Assembly (NCBI GenBank): GCA_964016885.1
Contig: OZ024743.1
Span: 151,962,001 to 152,026,000, forward strand
Source: Eledone cirrhosa
Taxonomy: Eukaryota
Direction: 5' to 3'
DNA: 64,000 bases
Part shown: one piece after another, positions 11,902 to 25,800 of the stretch
Layout: every line of letters begins with the position of its first letter
Numbering within the stretch: the stretch's first letter is position 1
The notes under the pieces: generated by a model
What the model was told of the DNA's origin: nothing
Database searches by the model: none
Seen by the model: only the letters and a program-made list of their open reading frames with translations
Translations under genes and position numbers: made by a program

Positions 11902-12429
11902 ATATATATTACACACACACATATATTCGTAAACTTGTAGTATTCTCAGCTCGAAGGGTAGCTATAAACAGCTGAAAATTACATGTATAGTAAAAGGTCG
12001 GGCTTAGATATAACCACAAATTGATTGGAGAGTGGGAGAGAAAGAAAAAAGAGAGTTTAAAGCATGAGATGAGCAATGAGAGGAGTATAGAGAGAGAGGA
12101 GAAGAGAAGAGGAGTGGAAAAAGAAAAGGAGAAGAGATAAGCTGGAATGAGATCGATGTAGCAGAAATTTTGGGGCCTTGCAAAAATGTTAAAAATAATG
12201 GAGAAAGGGTGGAGAAAGTAAACTAACAGGAAATATATATGTATATATACCATATATATAGAGATAGATACATACAAGGTAAACTCGTTTTTACATCAAA
12301 TTTACCATGCTGGCATGCACTGAACAAGATTTTTTGAGGCAATGTTTTAGCTGCTTCTTACAAGCTGGGACATATATATTACAAACACACACACACAGCA
12401 TGCTACTATCAATTACAGTTCTCCAGGTA

Positions 12430-13403
12430 TTAGCAGGAGTTTAAGACTGGCTGCCATGGAAACTGATATGGTCCTTATAGCCAAATCCATTAAAGATCTA
12501 GAAAATAAGTTCTGACTATGGATACAGAATTTAGAATCAAAAGGTCTCAGAGTAAACTTAGGCAAAACTAAAGTGCTAGTGAGTAGAAGAGAAGATAGGA
12601 CCCTGATTCCTTCAGGAAAGTGGCCCTGCTCAGTATGTAGAAAAAGAGTAGGCATAAACTCCATACAATGTACACAATGTAAATCTTGGGTACACAAGAG
12701 ATGTAGTGGGATAACGGATAGACTAACAGAAAAGGAAGACTTTATTTTTAGAAGATGCACAGGAGTAACTGGAAGGAAAAAAGGTAGTGAAGGACCTATA
12801 GAAGTGGTTGATAGCTTTTGCTATCTAGGTGACATAATTAACAATGGAGGAGAGTTCTCTGAGAGCATAATAGCTAGAATATGGAGAGGGTGGACAAAGT
12901 TCAGCGCTACTCCCACAGTTGACCACTAAAGGTTTCTTCCTATGTACAAAAGGATGACTGTATGACACATGTGTGTGAAGTGTGATGCTGCATGGTGTGA
13001 AACATGAGCAGTGACTGCAAAGGTCATGTGTAGACGGGAGAGAAATTAAGCAACCATGCTCTGTTGGATGTATGTGCAATTTATCTGTGAGTTGAGGGCG
13101 AAGCTGGGTTTAAGAGGAATCCGAGTTGGTATGCAGGAGAGAAGACTGCATTGGTATGGATATGTGATGCACATGGACAATGATTATAGGGTGAAGAAGT
13201 GCCTTTAAATACCAGTGGAAGGAAGCACCAGTAGAGGTAGACCAAGAATTACCTGAGTAGCGAGCTGACCTGAAATCACTGAAACTCACAGAGGAGATGA
13301 CAAAGGATCATGATGAGTAGAGGGATGCCATGCTGAGAAGGACCCATCCAAACCATGCAAGCCTGGAAAAAACAGACATAAAAATGATGATGATGATGAT
13401 GAT
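12430..13403 (+). mobile_element. Degraded RTE LINE 3' fragment
   Basis: GKWPCSVC...CTQCKSWVHKRCSG, EVVDSFCYLG; many stops and frameshifts; (ATG)n tail. Confidence 0.9.
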
Positions 13404-14335
13404 ATATACATGGTGAATTGTCGAGCAGGTTTTGCTAACTAAATTTTATTCACAATGCTTTGGTCAACTTGAGACTATAGTTGATGCTGCACAGTTGGAT
13501 TGAATCCAGAACCATATAGTAACAAAGCTGTCTTTAACAACACAGAAATAACTACTTTAATAACTTTAAAATCATTAGAGAATAGGCCAATGTCTCTTTT
13601 CAACTGATCAACTTTTTCCAACTTTGCAACTCAAACTCTATGACTGACAGGTTTAACACTTTCCTTTCCAGCATGGTAGTGTTAATAAGATATTTCAAAA
13701 TGGTTGTCCTGTACATCAGACAAAAGGTATTTTCCAGACTTCAAAATTGTTACAGCTATCTAATCTAATGACACTTCAGTTATGTTTATTGTTCACATAT
13801 TGGAACACTGGCCTATTGAACTTTTCATTGGTTTAGCTGTTCACATTTCACATGTTTACCATAGCATAATTTTCATGTCATCTGCTTGCTTTTTGACTCT
13901 GTTGTATTATGCACTAAAATGTAAATAAATATCCCTTATGATCATATTATCATCTGCCTCACAAACAGACATCAATGTATAATTTTTGAGATATATATTA
14001 TTTACATTCTTGAATATAAGCTTGCTTTTTCTATGTTCTGTAACATTGCATGCCAACAATATTTATCATATACTTTCTGACATCACACATTATTCATATT
14101 TCTGGATCACAAACCAGTTTTGCCTCTGTTCTGTGACATTATACATCATCATCATCTTTTTTTTACATCCATTGTTTTCCATGATAGTATTCTGTGGAGT
14201 GATGCCCTTCATGATATCAGCTCTTTTTTAAAAGTAAGGTACTGATTTTCAAATGCCTAACAGCTGTTCTGAGGGTCTTTTGTTTATGCTGGATATAAAT
14301 ATACATCACTGCTACAGGTGTCAAATGCAAAGTGA

Positions 14336-14451
<116 letters not shown>

Positions 14452-15769
14452 GATGATCTTCATACATTTCATCTATCAATTTAACTTGTAATTTATTGGT
14501 CAATTCAAGGAATTCATAAAAGATAATCAATAGAATAAAACTTGAAATCATGCTACAAAGCACACTTCCTATCCACACAGTTATGATTACATCTTAATGA
14601 CAATATAATTATATTTGTTTTGGTTCTTCACTTACATCTTTCAGAACTTAATTTTTCTTTGAAACCTAATCTATCAAATATGCCTTCTGTTAAATATTTT
14701 TGTTACTTCATAATTTAATGTAGTCCTTTGGAATGGCCATTGAATTTTTTTCTATTAGAATATATTTATTTCCATGAATACAAAACATATTTCATGATAT
14801 TTCTGTTTTGGAAGTCAGTATTTGTGGGAGATGTTTGCATGTGAAAGGTTATCAAATTTGAATCAGGTGCCATGTAACTGGAATGATTCAAATTTACATG
14901 ATTCAAATTTACATCCAGTAAGTTATTAACACAGAGAAGACAGAATGTGGGGAGACTATCTGAACTCTGAGGCACACCAGAGGTAATACAATATGTGTTG
15001 AAACAGGCCTTGTTATCACATGCAACAATATGTGAGATAAGACTATAGGCATACTATTTGCCCATGCCAGACATGGTTAAATATCTGCCTATATCAAATC
15101 TAATAACACATTTCTGACAAATTTCTCTAGAAGGAAAGACCACTGGTATGTTATGTAGAATGGCACATTTCCGATAGATTAAATTCTACTGAAATTTTAC
15201 TGGTAATGACTGAATAAGGAAAGAGACCGAGGGTTTAAAAGACTGATGAAAGGAGTCTTCATCTCTATTGAAATGTTAAAAAAACTGAATATGCAAATAC
15301 TGTTTTGTTAAACTCAGATATCTAAAGATGGATTTAATAACCCTAGAAATTATTACAGATGAAAAGATCTATGGTAAGTTTATTAACAACTCATTTCAGT
15401 CATGTAGACAATTAATGAAAGTAAGAAAGCTCGGTAAAATATTTGGTTTATACAAAATAGATATTTTGAGAATTTTAGTGAAGAAGGATTGAAAATTAAT
15501 TATGTTCATTTCTTTGCTAAGGACAAAGGCAAAATTAATTAAAGGAAATTACCATCAGAGAGAATTGAAATGACATTAAAAGAATAAAGCTTTGTTGTCC
15601 TATCACTTAAGTAAAAGAAAGATGTCTGTTCATGATTCCTTTCAGGAGTTACTGAGAATTATGAGAAGGAGGGAGAAGGCTAACTTCAAACTAAAGACCT
15701 GGCCCAAATGATTGCAATGGAGCTGGATCTGTTAACGACACCAAAGGGTTGAACCTAAGTGTTAAACTG

Positions 15770-16012
15770 GACTATGGATTAAGTCTACTATCCAAGTTGG
15801 TTACAGTAGGATTTGAACTCAGAAATCAAATACCAGGAAAAATATACAAGGCATCCTGTCTGATGTTCTAATGATTCCACCAATCCAACACTAGAGACTG
15901 GTATTTTGTTTTATTGACCCTGGAAGGATGAAAGGTAAAGTTGACCTGGGTGAGATTTGAACTCAGGATGTAAGGAGCTAGAGTACTGCAAAGCATTTGA
16001 TTTGACACTCTA
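15770..16012 (-). mobile_element. Degenerate tRNA-derived (Nin-like) SINE remnants
   Basis: TTTATTGACCCTGGAAGGATGAAAGGTAAAGTTGACCT...GATTTGAACTCAG resembles the young copies at 49786 and 58327. Confidence 0.65.
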
Positions 16013-16497
16013 ATAATTTTGCCAGTTCACCATGGAAATCAACTTGATATTGACTTCTTCATTCATTTTAAACTTGAGTAATCTTTGTTTATTTTATGAC
16101 CTTGATACTGATAGATAAAAAGTAAACATATCAAAATAAATTGATAAGCAATAATACTTCAAATTGCCATGAATACTATCTTATATGTTCATTCTTATCA
16201 AATAAATCACGATTATTCTTGGAATGTGTAGAACATAATCAAAATCTGTATTAGATATGACACTTATACTAATCTTGTTCTACTAATATCAATGTCACTG
16301 TATTCATATTCTTATCACTATCTGTAATAAAATACCTATAGATTTCTAACAAAGATTTACAATTATGAAAACAAATGAGAAGAAACAATAGATAGAGAGA
16401 AAGTTTCCAGGAAATCCAAAGTGTTTAAAGATTAATAAAAATGTCTAAAACATCTGCAAAAATTGATAGAAAGATAAAATAACATTGTGAGGCTGGC

Positions 16498-16715
16498 TTA
16501 AACCCTTTAGCATTAAAAACCAGCTGTATCCAGTCAAAATTCTGTCACCTCTTTCAGTTTAAACTGGCCATAACCTGCCACTCATACCAATGTTAAGGTA
16601 TTGTTCTCAAAATAAATAATATCAAAATCTCGTAGATTCCATATTATGTGAGATAAAGTGTTTACTGTGAAAATACATCAGTAAATATAGAGTAATGTAA
16701 ATGCTAAAGAGTTAA
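16498..16715. mobile_element. piggyBac-like MITE
   Basis: TIRs CCCTTTAGCATT / AATGCTAAAGAG with TTAA-type flanks. Confidence 0.65.
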
Positions 16716-17181
16716 AGATAAATGCACTGTTTCCATATATAGAGACCTCAAAAACAACCAAATACAGACATAGTAGCCCAGTCACAATTGCTACACACAG
16801 CAAGTAATCACTCTTGCTCTACACATTTCCTATATTTGAAAAGACAAAGTTTCATACTTGCTGCACATTCTAGAGATTACGATTTCAAATTGTGACCATA
16901 AATCCCTACTCTGTCTCACTTCTGCACTAAATATTTCTTGTTAGATCTGTGGCCCTCTTGAATACCCATATTTTTTTTATTTATTTTTTTTTTGCATGGA
17001 GGTTTAAATAGAACATCAAATGAGTCAATGTTTCCAATTAGGGTGGACTAACAAAGGCCATGGCTACTGCCTCTCTTCTTTAGATTAATTAAATAAAAAC
17101 AGATAAAATATATACCAAATATATAGATGCTATAAAACTTAATAAATAAAAAAATCTATTACCATAATTAACATTATCAGT

Positions 17182-17204
<23 letters not shown>

Positions 17205-17216
<12 letters not shown>

Positions 17217-17531
17217 AGATCAAAAGATGGTTAAATGAGTTCCATGTATTTTATTATGCGCATTTCAAAAACAAATATCATCATGCAATAACGTTTGTGT
17301 TTTCATCAGATAAAATAGGAGGACATGATATGAAGGTTAAAAAACACTTGTGGATAGTGCAGTTTTAAATCAACATATCAAATTGAAATGCGCATAATAA
17401 AATACATGGAACTCATTTAACCATCTTTTGATCTTATATATTATGTATACTCCAGTCCTACAAACTGTAGAGTGCTTCTTATCCGATATCTGCATTGCTT
17501 TATTGTACTACAATAAAACTCACCTCCTACA
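17205..17531. mobile_element. ORF-less fold-back hammerhead element (copy B of the 9788 family)
   Basis: Highly similar to 9788-10168. Arms at about 17207-17268 and 17383-17444, tail on the right, (TA)n flanks. Confidence 0.88.
17249..17315 (-). ncRNA. Type I hammerhead ribozyme (copy B)
   Basis: Minus strand: TTTTAT-CTGATGA-AAACACAAACGTT...GATATTTGTTTTT-GAAA-TGCGCA-TA-ATAAAA. Confidence 0.83.
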
Positions 17532-18921
17532 TATATATATATATATATATATATGTTTTTAATTGGAATATGTTCGCTCATGTATTCTACAGACAGATCA
17601 AGTAAAATTCAATACTTCTAAGACAGAGTAGATTGGTTTATATACTGATTGAAGTAGCCATTTCTATAATTAAGATAATGGTTTAACAGTTACTTGCTGT
17701 TGGTAATCTCCAAGAATTACATGTTTTGAATAAGTGTTTTGTCTTAATAAAGATAAAAGGTAAAACTAGGAACATTAATATTTCCTTACCATCTTTTAGC
17801 AACTAAAAATAAATAGGCAACATAAATGAAACTGCCATTGCTTGATTAATAACTATTTTCTAACAAAAACATTTGTTGTAACAAATATCTAATAATATTA
17901 GGAACTTCAATTCCAACTCTTTTTTATAATTCATGATGCACTTCCATTCTCAAGACAATACATATTAACACAAGTTTGACTCTTTTGTTCATACAGCATG
18001 TAACCATTGGAGATGCACTTGGTATTATCATTCTAACTAATAGTTTTTCATTCTTATTCCTTTCTTTACTTACTCTAAATTCTCCTCTTAAATTCTCTGC
18101 ACCACATTGCCGACAAAGCAAGGGTTCATTTGGGGTCTATCAGACACACATTGCTCTCCACTATCCACCCATCCACTCCCATATACATTGATAAAAGTAA
18201 CCCACTTAGAGAGGGAGACCTTTAAGAATGTATTTATCCAATCTTCCCTCCTCCTGTAAATCCTACTGTACAGCCATCCATCACACCTCCTCCCCAGCCC
18301 CAATCTTTTTGGGGTCAATGAATACAGTACTATTCAGAGGATTAGAAAAATTATTAAAATAACAGACTAGCTATATATCTTCCAGATCTGTGCATGCTGA
18401 GTTCAAATCCTGCTTCCTATCACCAGAAAAGTGATCATGGTTCTGTTAAGAGTTGCAACTGATATATAGTATCAACAATGGAAAAAACAAACAAAAACAA
18501 TCAAAGCAGTTTCCATGGTTTGATCAGGTTATCAGCTTTCTTTTAATATCAGCAAAGGCAATGATAGCATCTATATACTTAACAAATTTACTTCATATTT
18601 TGTGGATGAATTTGACAAGAAATAATATTTAACATTTAAATTTTAATTCAAATGATTTTTCACCAGATATTAAGGAGTAAACTTATATAATATGAAAAAT
18701 TACATAGACAATAAATAAAATTACTGTGAAAACACTTGCTTTGGTAATGTTTGAATATTAAAATATAAGTATTGATGAAAACCTTCTTTTAAACATCAAA
18801 ATGTTGGTACATTCTGAAAGTAAATGACATCCATTAATTCTAAACAGTCATCATATTAAAAGACAGATTATCAATACCTTCAGTGATAATCAGTTCACAA
18901 TAAAATGCCAATAATACTCAC

Positions 18922-19011
18922 ACTGGATACAAGAGCTAATTTACATAGCTTTTCATTAAATTTACTATGAATTACAGTAAATCCTGAATATAAGATTTCA
19001 ACGAAGAAATG
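18922..19011 (-). CDS. Candidate 90-nt internal exon of an unidentified host gene (HFFVEILYSGFTVIHSKFNEKLCKLALVSS)
   Basis: Acceptor ccatttacag, donor gtgagt, open in phase 0. No homology recognised. Confidence 0.25.
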
Positions 19012-19603
19012 CTGTAAATGGTGTACAGCAAACATATTTAATAAGCTTAATTTCATATGATATAGATTTTTTAATGGCTAAGAATAGAAAATAGTGAAAG
19101 AGGTTTCACTATTTTAATATTCATAAACTGAATAGAAAATTTTGATTATAATGATAACACTCATATTTAAAAAAAAACTTTTTGATACTACAGAATGATT
19201 GATGATGAAAGAAATGTAAAAACTATTTTCAAATAGTTCCTGATTAATTATATTCTCACCAATATTCTAGCCTTAAAAAATAAATGATAGAAAAATAATA
19301 AAATAATTCAATTCAACAGAATTTGTACCAGTCACTAGAATATTCCAGATGAAAATACATAATCTTGATTGAGTATCAGGGAATGTATATGACTGTAGCC
19401 TTCAGGGGAATCAATTTGTTGTGTGCTCATGCCATTAAGTAGCTAGCATTGCCCGAAGAAAGAAAACTATTACTACAGCTTAATTTGCCTAATGCAATTC
19501 ATCCTTAAATACAAAAGCCAACAGTAGAATAATGGTTGATACCAATGTTTAAAACATCTAGTTTGGCTCTTTATCATTGGTGCATACATAATTGGAGTGC
19601 TTT

Positions 19604-19762
19604 TACATGGCTGTATGGTCTGTTAGAAATAGTAGTCAAATTTCCCTTAAATCATATTCTTCTTTGTTTTAAAGAAAAAAGATGAAATAATGACATTTAG
19701 AACACTTTTGATCTTAGGTCTACTCAATCAAAGCTAACATAGGGCTAAACAATAACAACAAT
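19604..19762 (+). repeat. Dispersed repeat with an (AAC)n-like tail; relatives near 23576-23720, 36088-36275 and 48160-48295
   Basis: Shared blocks TAGAAATA.CAGCCAAA..TC.C.TAAATCA.A.C and GCCTTTGATCATAGGTCT.CTCAATCA. Confidence 0.55.
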
Positions 19763-20676
19763 ACTTTCTATATATTTCATTTGACAAACATCCATGTACA
19801 CACATACAGATACATGCATTCATACACACACAAGCTTGATAGATTGATAGGAGAGAGAGAGAGAGAGATAAAGGAAGAGAATGGTATTAAATCAGAAATG
19901 CATATTTATGTATAATTAAAAAATGGAAGTTCATCCTTCATATAAAAAATAAAATTCATCTAATCCTATAATATTCAAAAATATTTGCACACTCTCCACA
20001 TATTTTTTCATGTTTGAATATAAACATAAATACATACTGATGCTCTCCTAACATAGATAAAATAATCATAAACTCCCTATCACTGATCATCAAACATACA
20101 CATAAATTGCTGATCCAACATAAACATTAATCGTTTATGTTGTACTAGTCATGTGCTGACAGCAACAATATTTTATGTACATGAATAATCTGCATATAAA
20201 AGTTTGCAATGTGTTTTTATTTGCTGTCACACAAATAAGATACCATGGAAGGAGGCTGTCAAAAAATTGAAAGTGAATGGCAGTAAAAGAAGTAAAATAT
20301 AAGTGAGAGTCATCATCAACATCCTTGTCGTTTTACACACACTTTTCTTTTCATACACGAGTTGAATGAGACTTTGAGAAAATATTTCTAATGTCAGATG
20401 TCCTTACTGATGCAAACTCATACCTTATTGTAAGTAGAGTATACAAAACTTCTGTTCATTCAACTGCTACTCTGTAGGATATATTGTTTGCTGAGGATAT
20501 AAACGACTGTTATTGATCGTTAAATAATTATTAACATGATATTTGTAGTAACTAGAACACACACACTCACACATGCATATATGTGCGTGTGAGAAAAATA
20601 AACAGAAATAACAAGTCAAACAATACAGTACAATGAAGAAATATATTAGCTTAACACTTTAAATTATAGGAAAAGA

Positions 20677-20714
20677 GTCTTAACGTTTCAGACACTAGTC
20701 ATTCATCAGAAGAC
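20677..20714 (-). ncRNA. Minimal type I hammerhead ribozyme (orphan PLE-end remnant)
   Basis: Minus strand: GTCTT-CTGATGA-ATGAC(TAGT)GTCT-GAAA-CG-TT-AAGAC. Confidence 0.75.
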
Positions 20715-21141
20715 AGAATAAGATATAAAAGACGAAATTGAAAGATAAAGTGTGAGAAAAGGAAAGAAAAAGTTGAGAAAAAACACACATGTACATATTC
20801 AGTCAGTCATATATATATATATGACAGACTTCCTTACAGTTTCCAGCTACCAAATTCACAGCCTGTGAAACAACCCCAAACCAAATGAGAGTGAAAGAAT
20901 AAAACTGAAAATGAGTTACAGTAGAAGTTCTGAGACATACGAATTGGAAGGTATCATGTGATTAAATGGAAAAAAACAGACAACAAAATAAAGTGTTATA
21001 TAAGATATTTTAAAGAATTTTCAACAGTAAGAAAATAATTTATCTAATTTCATATATAAACACACACACACACATATATACATATTTATTTATTTACATA
21101 CACATACAAATGTATATATTATATATACATAATTTATAGTA

Positions 21142-21333
21142 TAATCCGTAAATTTGGTTACAAATCAGTCCTTATGTAAGCAAACTCGACTTGTACAAAT
21201 GTAGTGGTACACAGTATGCACATATATTATATATGTATATACACATGTGTATGTATACGCTGTACCACCACATTCATATAGCTTGTCAAATTTGCTTCCA
21301 TGAGGGCTGACTCTTAACCAAATTTATGGATTA
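21142..21333. repeat. Imperfect fold-back of about 190 bp (MITE-like)
   Basis: TAATCCGTAAATTTGGTTA...CAGTCCTTATG.AAGCAAA pairs with TTTGCTT.CATGAGGGCTG...TAACCAAATTTATGGATTA; inner GTGGTACA/TGTACCAC. Confidence 0.75.
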
Positions 21334-21620
21334 AGCCACTGGTAAGAAGATTCCTTTCAGTTGCTGTTTGTGAATTTACATTGAGCATGAAATATTAACA
21401 GCATAACTCTTTATTTACCTTGGGCGTTTACTTTCGTATGTATTTAGTTTAGTATATGGAATCATATTCCAACATATTTTAAGAACAGACTAAAAGATTG
21501 GTGTCAGGAAGGGCATCTGTTTGTAAAATATAACCACATTGTAAAACATTTCTGTCCAACCAATGTAAGTACAGAAAAGTCAACGTAAAAATGGTTATGA
21601 TGATTAAATATATATATATA

Positions 21621-22654
21621 CTAGCCGAATTACCCGCGCCTTGCTGCATTTCACACATCTTTTTTGTAAGAAAATGATGATTGATTTTAAATCAGTGATA
21701 TCATTTATGGAGAAAAATTCTGCATTTCAATATTACTCAATGTAAAATGTAATGCATGAAAAATTGGAAAACATTATTTTTTGTAATATATCAAATCAAA
21801 ATTACATTATTAAATGATATTCTTATTTTGTTTCTGGTAAATAATTTTTTTCAAAATATCAATTCAAAACTTGATCATTTCATTTTTGTGTAAAGCATTA
21901 TTTTCAAATTAGAAATTCAAAGTTTAATTATTTATTTTTTAATATAATAAATACATGAAAATATATTTCACACTTTGTCCTCATGAAGAACCTCAGGGTA
22001 AACAACATATCTTGATTGGCTAAAATGTAGAGATTTTTTGAAGTTCCAGTCCTTGAAACAGCCACATAAAACATGCCATGACTGCGTTTGTCAGATCTAT
22101 ACCAATAGTTTTGAAAGTTTTACCTTGGTTCTTATTGATGCTCATGGCAAAGCATGGCCTCACTGGGAATTGCAGCCTCTTAAATGTAAAAGGCAACTCA
22201 CTATCACTTGGTATAAATGGAATCCTCGGAATGAGAAGAGCTTGACCTTTGTAAGCCCCGAATATAGTGGTTGCTTCAATCAAGTTCTCATGCAATCTTG
22301 TTTCAACACATCTTGTTCCATTTATTGGCCAAAATTTTCACTGAAGGGGGTTTAACCCCCATTAGGGTGTCTTAATATTATTGAAATTTGCTGACATTTT
22401 GTGAATAGGCATCATATCTTGTCATTTACCTATGGTTTAATTTTCATATAAATCGAAGGGAAAACATTTTCTGCAGAGGTTTGTGCCCTCGGGGAACCCT
22501 TTGATTAAAATGAAATATACTTATTCAAGTACCCCGGACAATGTCGTTTCAGAATATATATGGTTATGGGGGGATCTATCTCCAAAACCATAGGAGGAGT
22601 TCGTGAACAAACAAACGAACAAACAGACAGGAACTACAACTTTATATATATAGA
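21621..22654 (-). mobile_element. Non-autonomous Helitron with both termini
   Basis: Minus strand: 5' TCTATATATATAAAG followed by a (GTTT)n-like tract; 3' GC-rich subterminal segment then CTAG; inserted between A and T. Confidence 0.88.
22020..22295 (-). pseudogene. Helitron PIF1-like helicase C-terminal fragment
   Basis: LIPRIPFIPSDSELPFTFKRLQFPVRPCFAMSINKNQGKT...GIDL. Confidence 0.9.
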
Positions 22655-22803
22655 TATATATATATAATTGTATATTCTGCATATAGTTGATGGTCAAGAG
22701 AAAAGTGTACTCAATACCAAAGTAGAGTTTATATATTCGTTTTATTAAGGTGAAACTCCAGACTAACAGGACACACATTTTAGCCTTAATAAAATGAATA
22801 CAA

Positions 22804-22886
<83 letters not shown>

Positions 22887-25800
22887 TACTATATATATAT
22901 ATATATACACACATATATACACACATATGCATATGCACATACCTGTAAACACACACAAATACACACACATGTATAAGTATATATACATAGCAGGGATAAA
23001 CAGACTTTAAATGATAATGATGAGGACGATATTATTTATATATGAAATATATTACTTGTTATCGAAAATAATTTTTCTCTATAACTATTAAAACACATTG
23101 TTTATGACATGGGTACACTATGAAAGTAATAAAGTGTGCAAGTGCTGACATTTTTAAATACTCTGATAAAACAAAGACTAAAAATGAAAATCTACTTGAT
23201 ATTCAGAAATGTATGCCTTCTCAAACTAAGGATCTATTAGCATTCAGGGGAGTGTTGAAGATTAAAAATGAAAATATCAAATGAATCTTAACACAGACTG
23301 TGAACAATTCATCAGCAGAATTTTGTAAATGGCTTAAAGTGTTTTCTTAGAATTGCAATATTTTTGGAATTTTCTTTTTTTCAGAGCTTAATACATTCTT
23401 TCTTTCATCAGTTTACTATAAATAAAGTTAAATAAAACATTGAAGAGATATTTGGCTCATAGACATTGATGCATTCATGTCAAGGATTAGCAAAAATTGT
23501 CTTAAGAGCAGCATTGCACTGATACAGAAATAACTGGGACTAATATTGGGGGGGGGGGGGGGGGCTTCTATGTAGTTACTTGATTTTCTTGAAATAAAAG
23601 CTAAATCCTTCTTAAATCACATCCTAACTTGAAAGTTATGAAAGTGATGAAGTGGCTAGAATGCCTTTGATCATTGGTCTATTCAATCAAGGCCAACTAT
23701 AGGTTAAGTCACAACAAGGAAAAGGGATAGACAATAAATATGAATTAGTCAACAATCTATTATATTTTCAAATTCATATATTCTAGCAAAGAAAAGACTG
23801 AGATTGAAAAATTTATGAATAACAAATATATAACCATCTCACTTTTCTGCACTATCTATCCTACACTAGATTTCTCTCCTACTACGACAACTCCCCATTG
23901 CTAACATTCCTCCTATGAACAATTATCATGTAGCTACCACTGTCCCTCACATTTCCCTACTATACTATAATTGTTTCCCCCCTTTCAATCTTATATTCAT
24001 ACTCACCTCTGACCCTTCCTTCAAACCTCACTCTCAAGTAAATTTGCCTAAACAGAATGAGGTACAAAACAAACTCACTAGTGCTGGCATCAAGATAAAA
24101 TTCACTCGGTTCTTTCTGTAAAATGCTTGGCAAGCAATCAGCAACAATGTCTGATCAAAAGGGCTGTTTAAGTCTCATTGAGAACATGACAACATTTCTA
24201 GCGCCACAATAAAATGCATTAAGTGGTTGGTGTTAGGAAATACATCCAATTATAGAAATAAAGACAAAAATTAGACTTGTGAGGCACAATGCTTTAATCC
24301 AACTAAAAGGGCAGCACCTCCGAATAAGAAATTATTCAGACAGTATTAATGAGCATAGAAAGCAGGCATAAAATGATGATGATGATGATTATGGTGGACA
24401 ATGATATAAAACTATATTCTATTTAATTGCATAACCATAGTGACTGAATTTCCAAGGCAATTAAGTGGAGTATGCAGTTAACCAAATTCACATATTACAC
24501 AATAAATGGTGAGATTTCAATATATTGTCAGTAGTAATTTATTATGTCTGTGTTAGGCATGTAAGAATTATATAATAAAATAAGAATAAATCATTTATAA
24601 TTTCAATACATTTTATGTACATATAATTTATTCAGATGCCACCCACTCCAAGCTTTCTTTTTATTGCTATGTATTTGCTCCAGGCCATGCAAGCATGAAA
24701 AAATGCACATGAAAATGTTATATCAGCATGACAACTATCTGACTTGACTCCCATGAAGTTTATCAATTCTCCGATATTCTTTAATTATCCAAGCATAACC
24801 ACATAAACATTTCTTGGCAATAACCTTCATGTAGTGTGAAATACTCAATAATAACAAACAAGAATGTATGTAATAAGGTTAATTTAATAAGCTCAGTCAT
24901 TTGATAATGAAGACAATAAAATACTGCCTATCAATCACTTAATTTAAAACAGTTTTTACAAATTACAATGAAGATTTATTTATTGAAGTATTTTATAACG
25001 CAATTAAAAATAAGATGAAATACACCAGAATTTTAACTTCAAATTTTTTGAACTCACTGAAATGATAAAGTAAAACTTGGATACATATGTGGCCTGTAAA
25101 CGGGAAGTACTGAATACTGTAATTTTAACTCATCATCACAAAGGAAGCTTCCAAAAACACTTTATGCTTGTCAAATCAAATAAATGCTTAATTATATGGT
25201 ACATTTCATTAATTCTTTTCTCAAAATCAGAAAAAAATATTTTATGCAATTGACTAAAATAGACAATATTTACATATGCAACTAACACATGATTTTTACA
25301 TAGATTTGTTGCTAAACAGTTTTGTGTTTGGAACGATTATGCAATTACTCATGATGGAATTAAATGGAATTGACTGTATCAGAATTCCTTGGTTTGACAA
25401 AGCCTTCAAATTGTAATGAAACAAACTTTGAATTAGAATACAAAGTTCATGGCTTTATCAAAGGAAACAAAAAAAAAAAAAAAATCAAAACACACTAGTT
25501 CAAAGATATAGTAAAACTACAAAAAAAATGATAGGCTACATAGAAGACTCATTTTCCTGAAAACTTGCCAAAGTAGTAGAGCACTAGATACTAACAACAG
25601 CAATAGCAACTTATGCTAAACTTCTTGGGTCAGTATTGAAAGTAACCTTCTGTTGTTATTCTATTCTTGTTTTTCTTTTTTTATCCATAACAAACATGGT
25701 CATAAGTGAATAGAACATGTATATACACATATATAGACATACCAAAGAAAGAATTGCTATAATACATAAAAACACTAAAACATGAACTTCTAACAACACA

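Noticed and set aside
15238-15282. CTGATGA...GAAATGTT hammerhead-like motif
   Set aside because: No stem I and a poor stem II.
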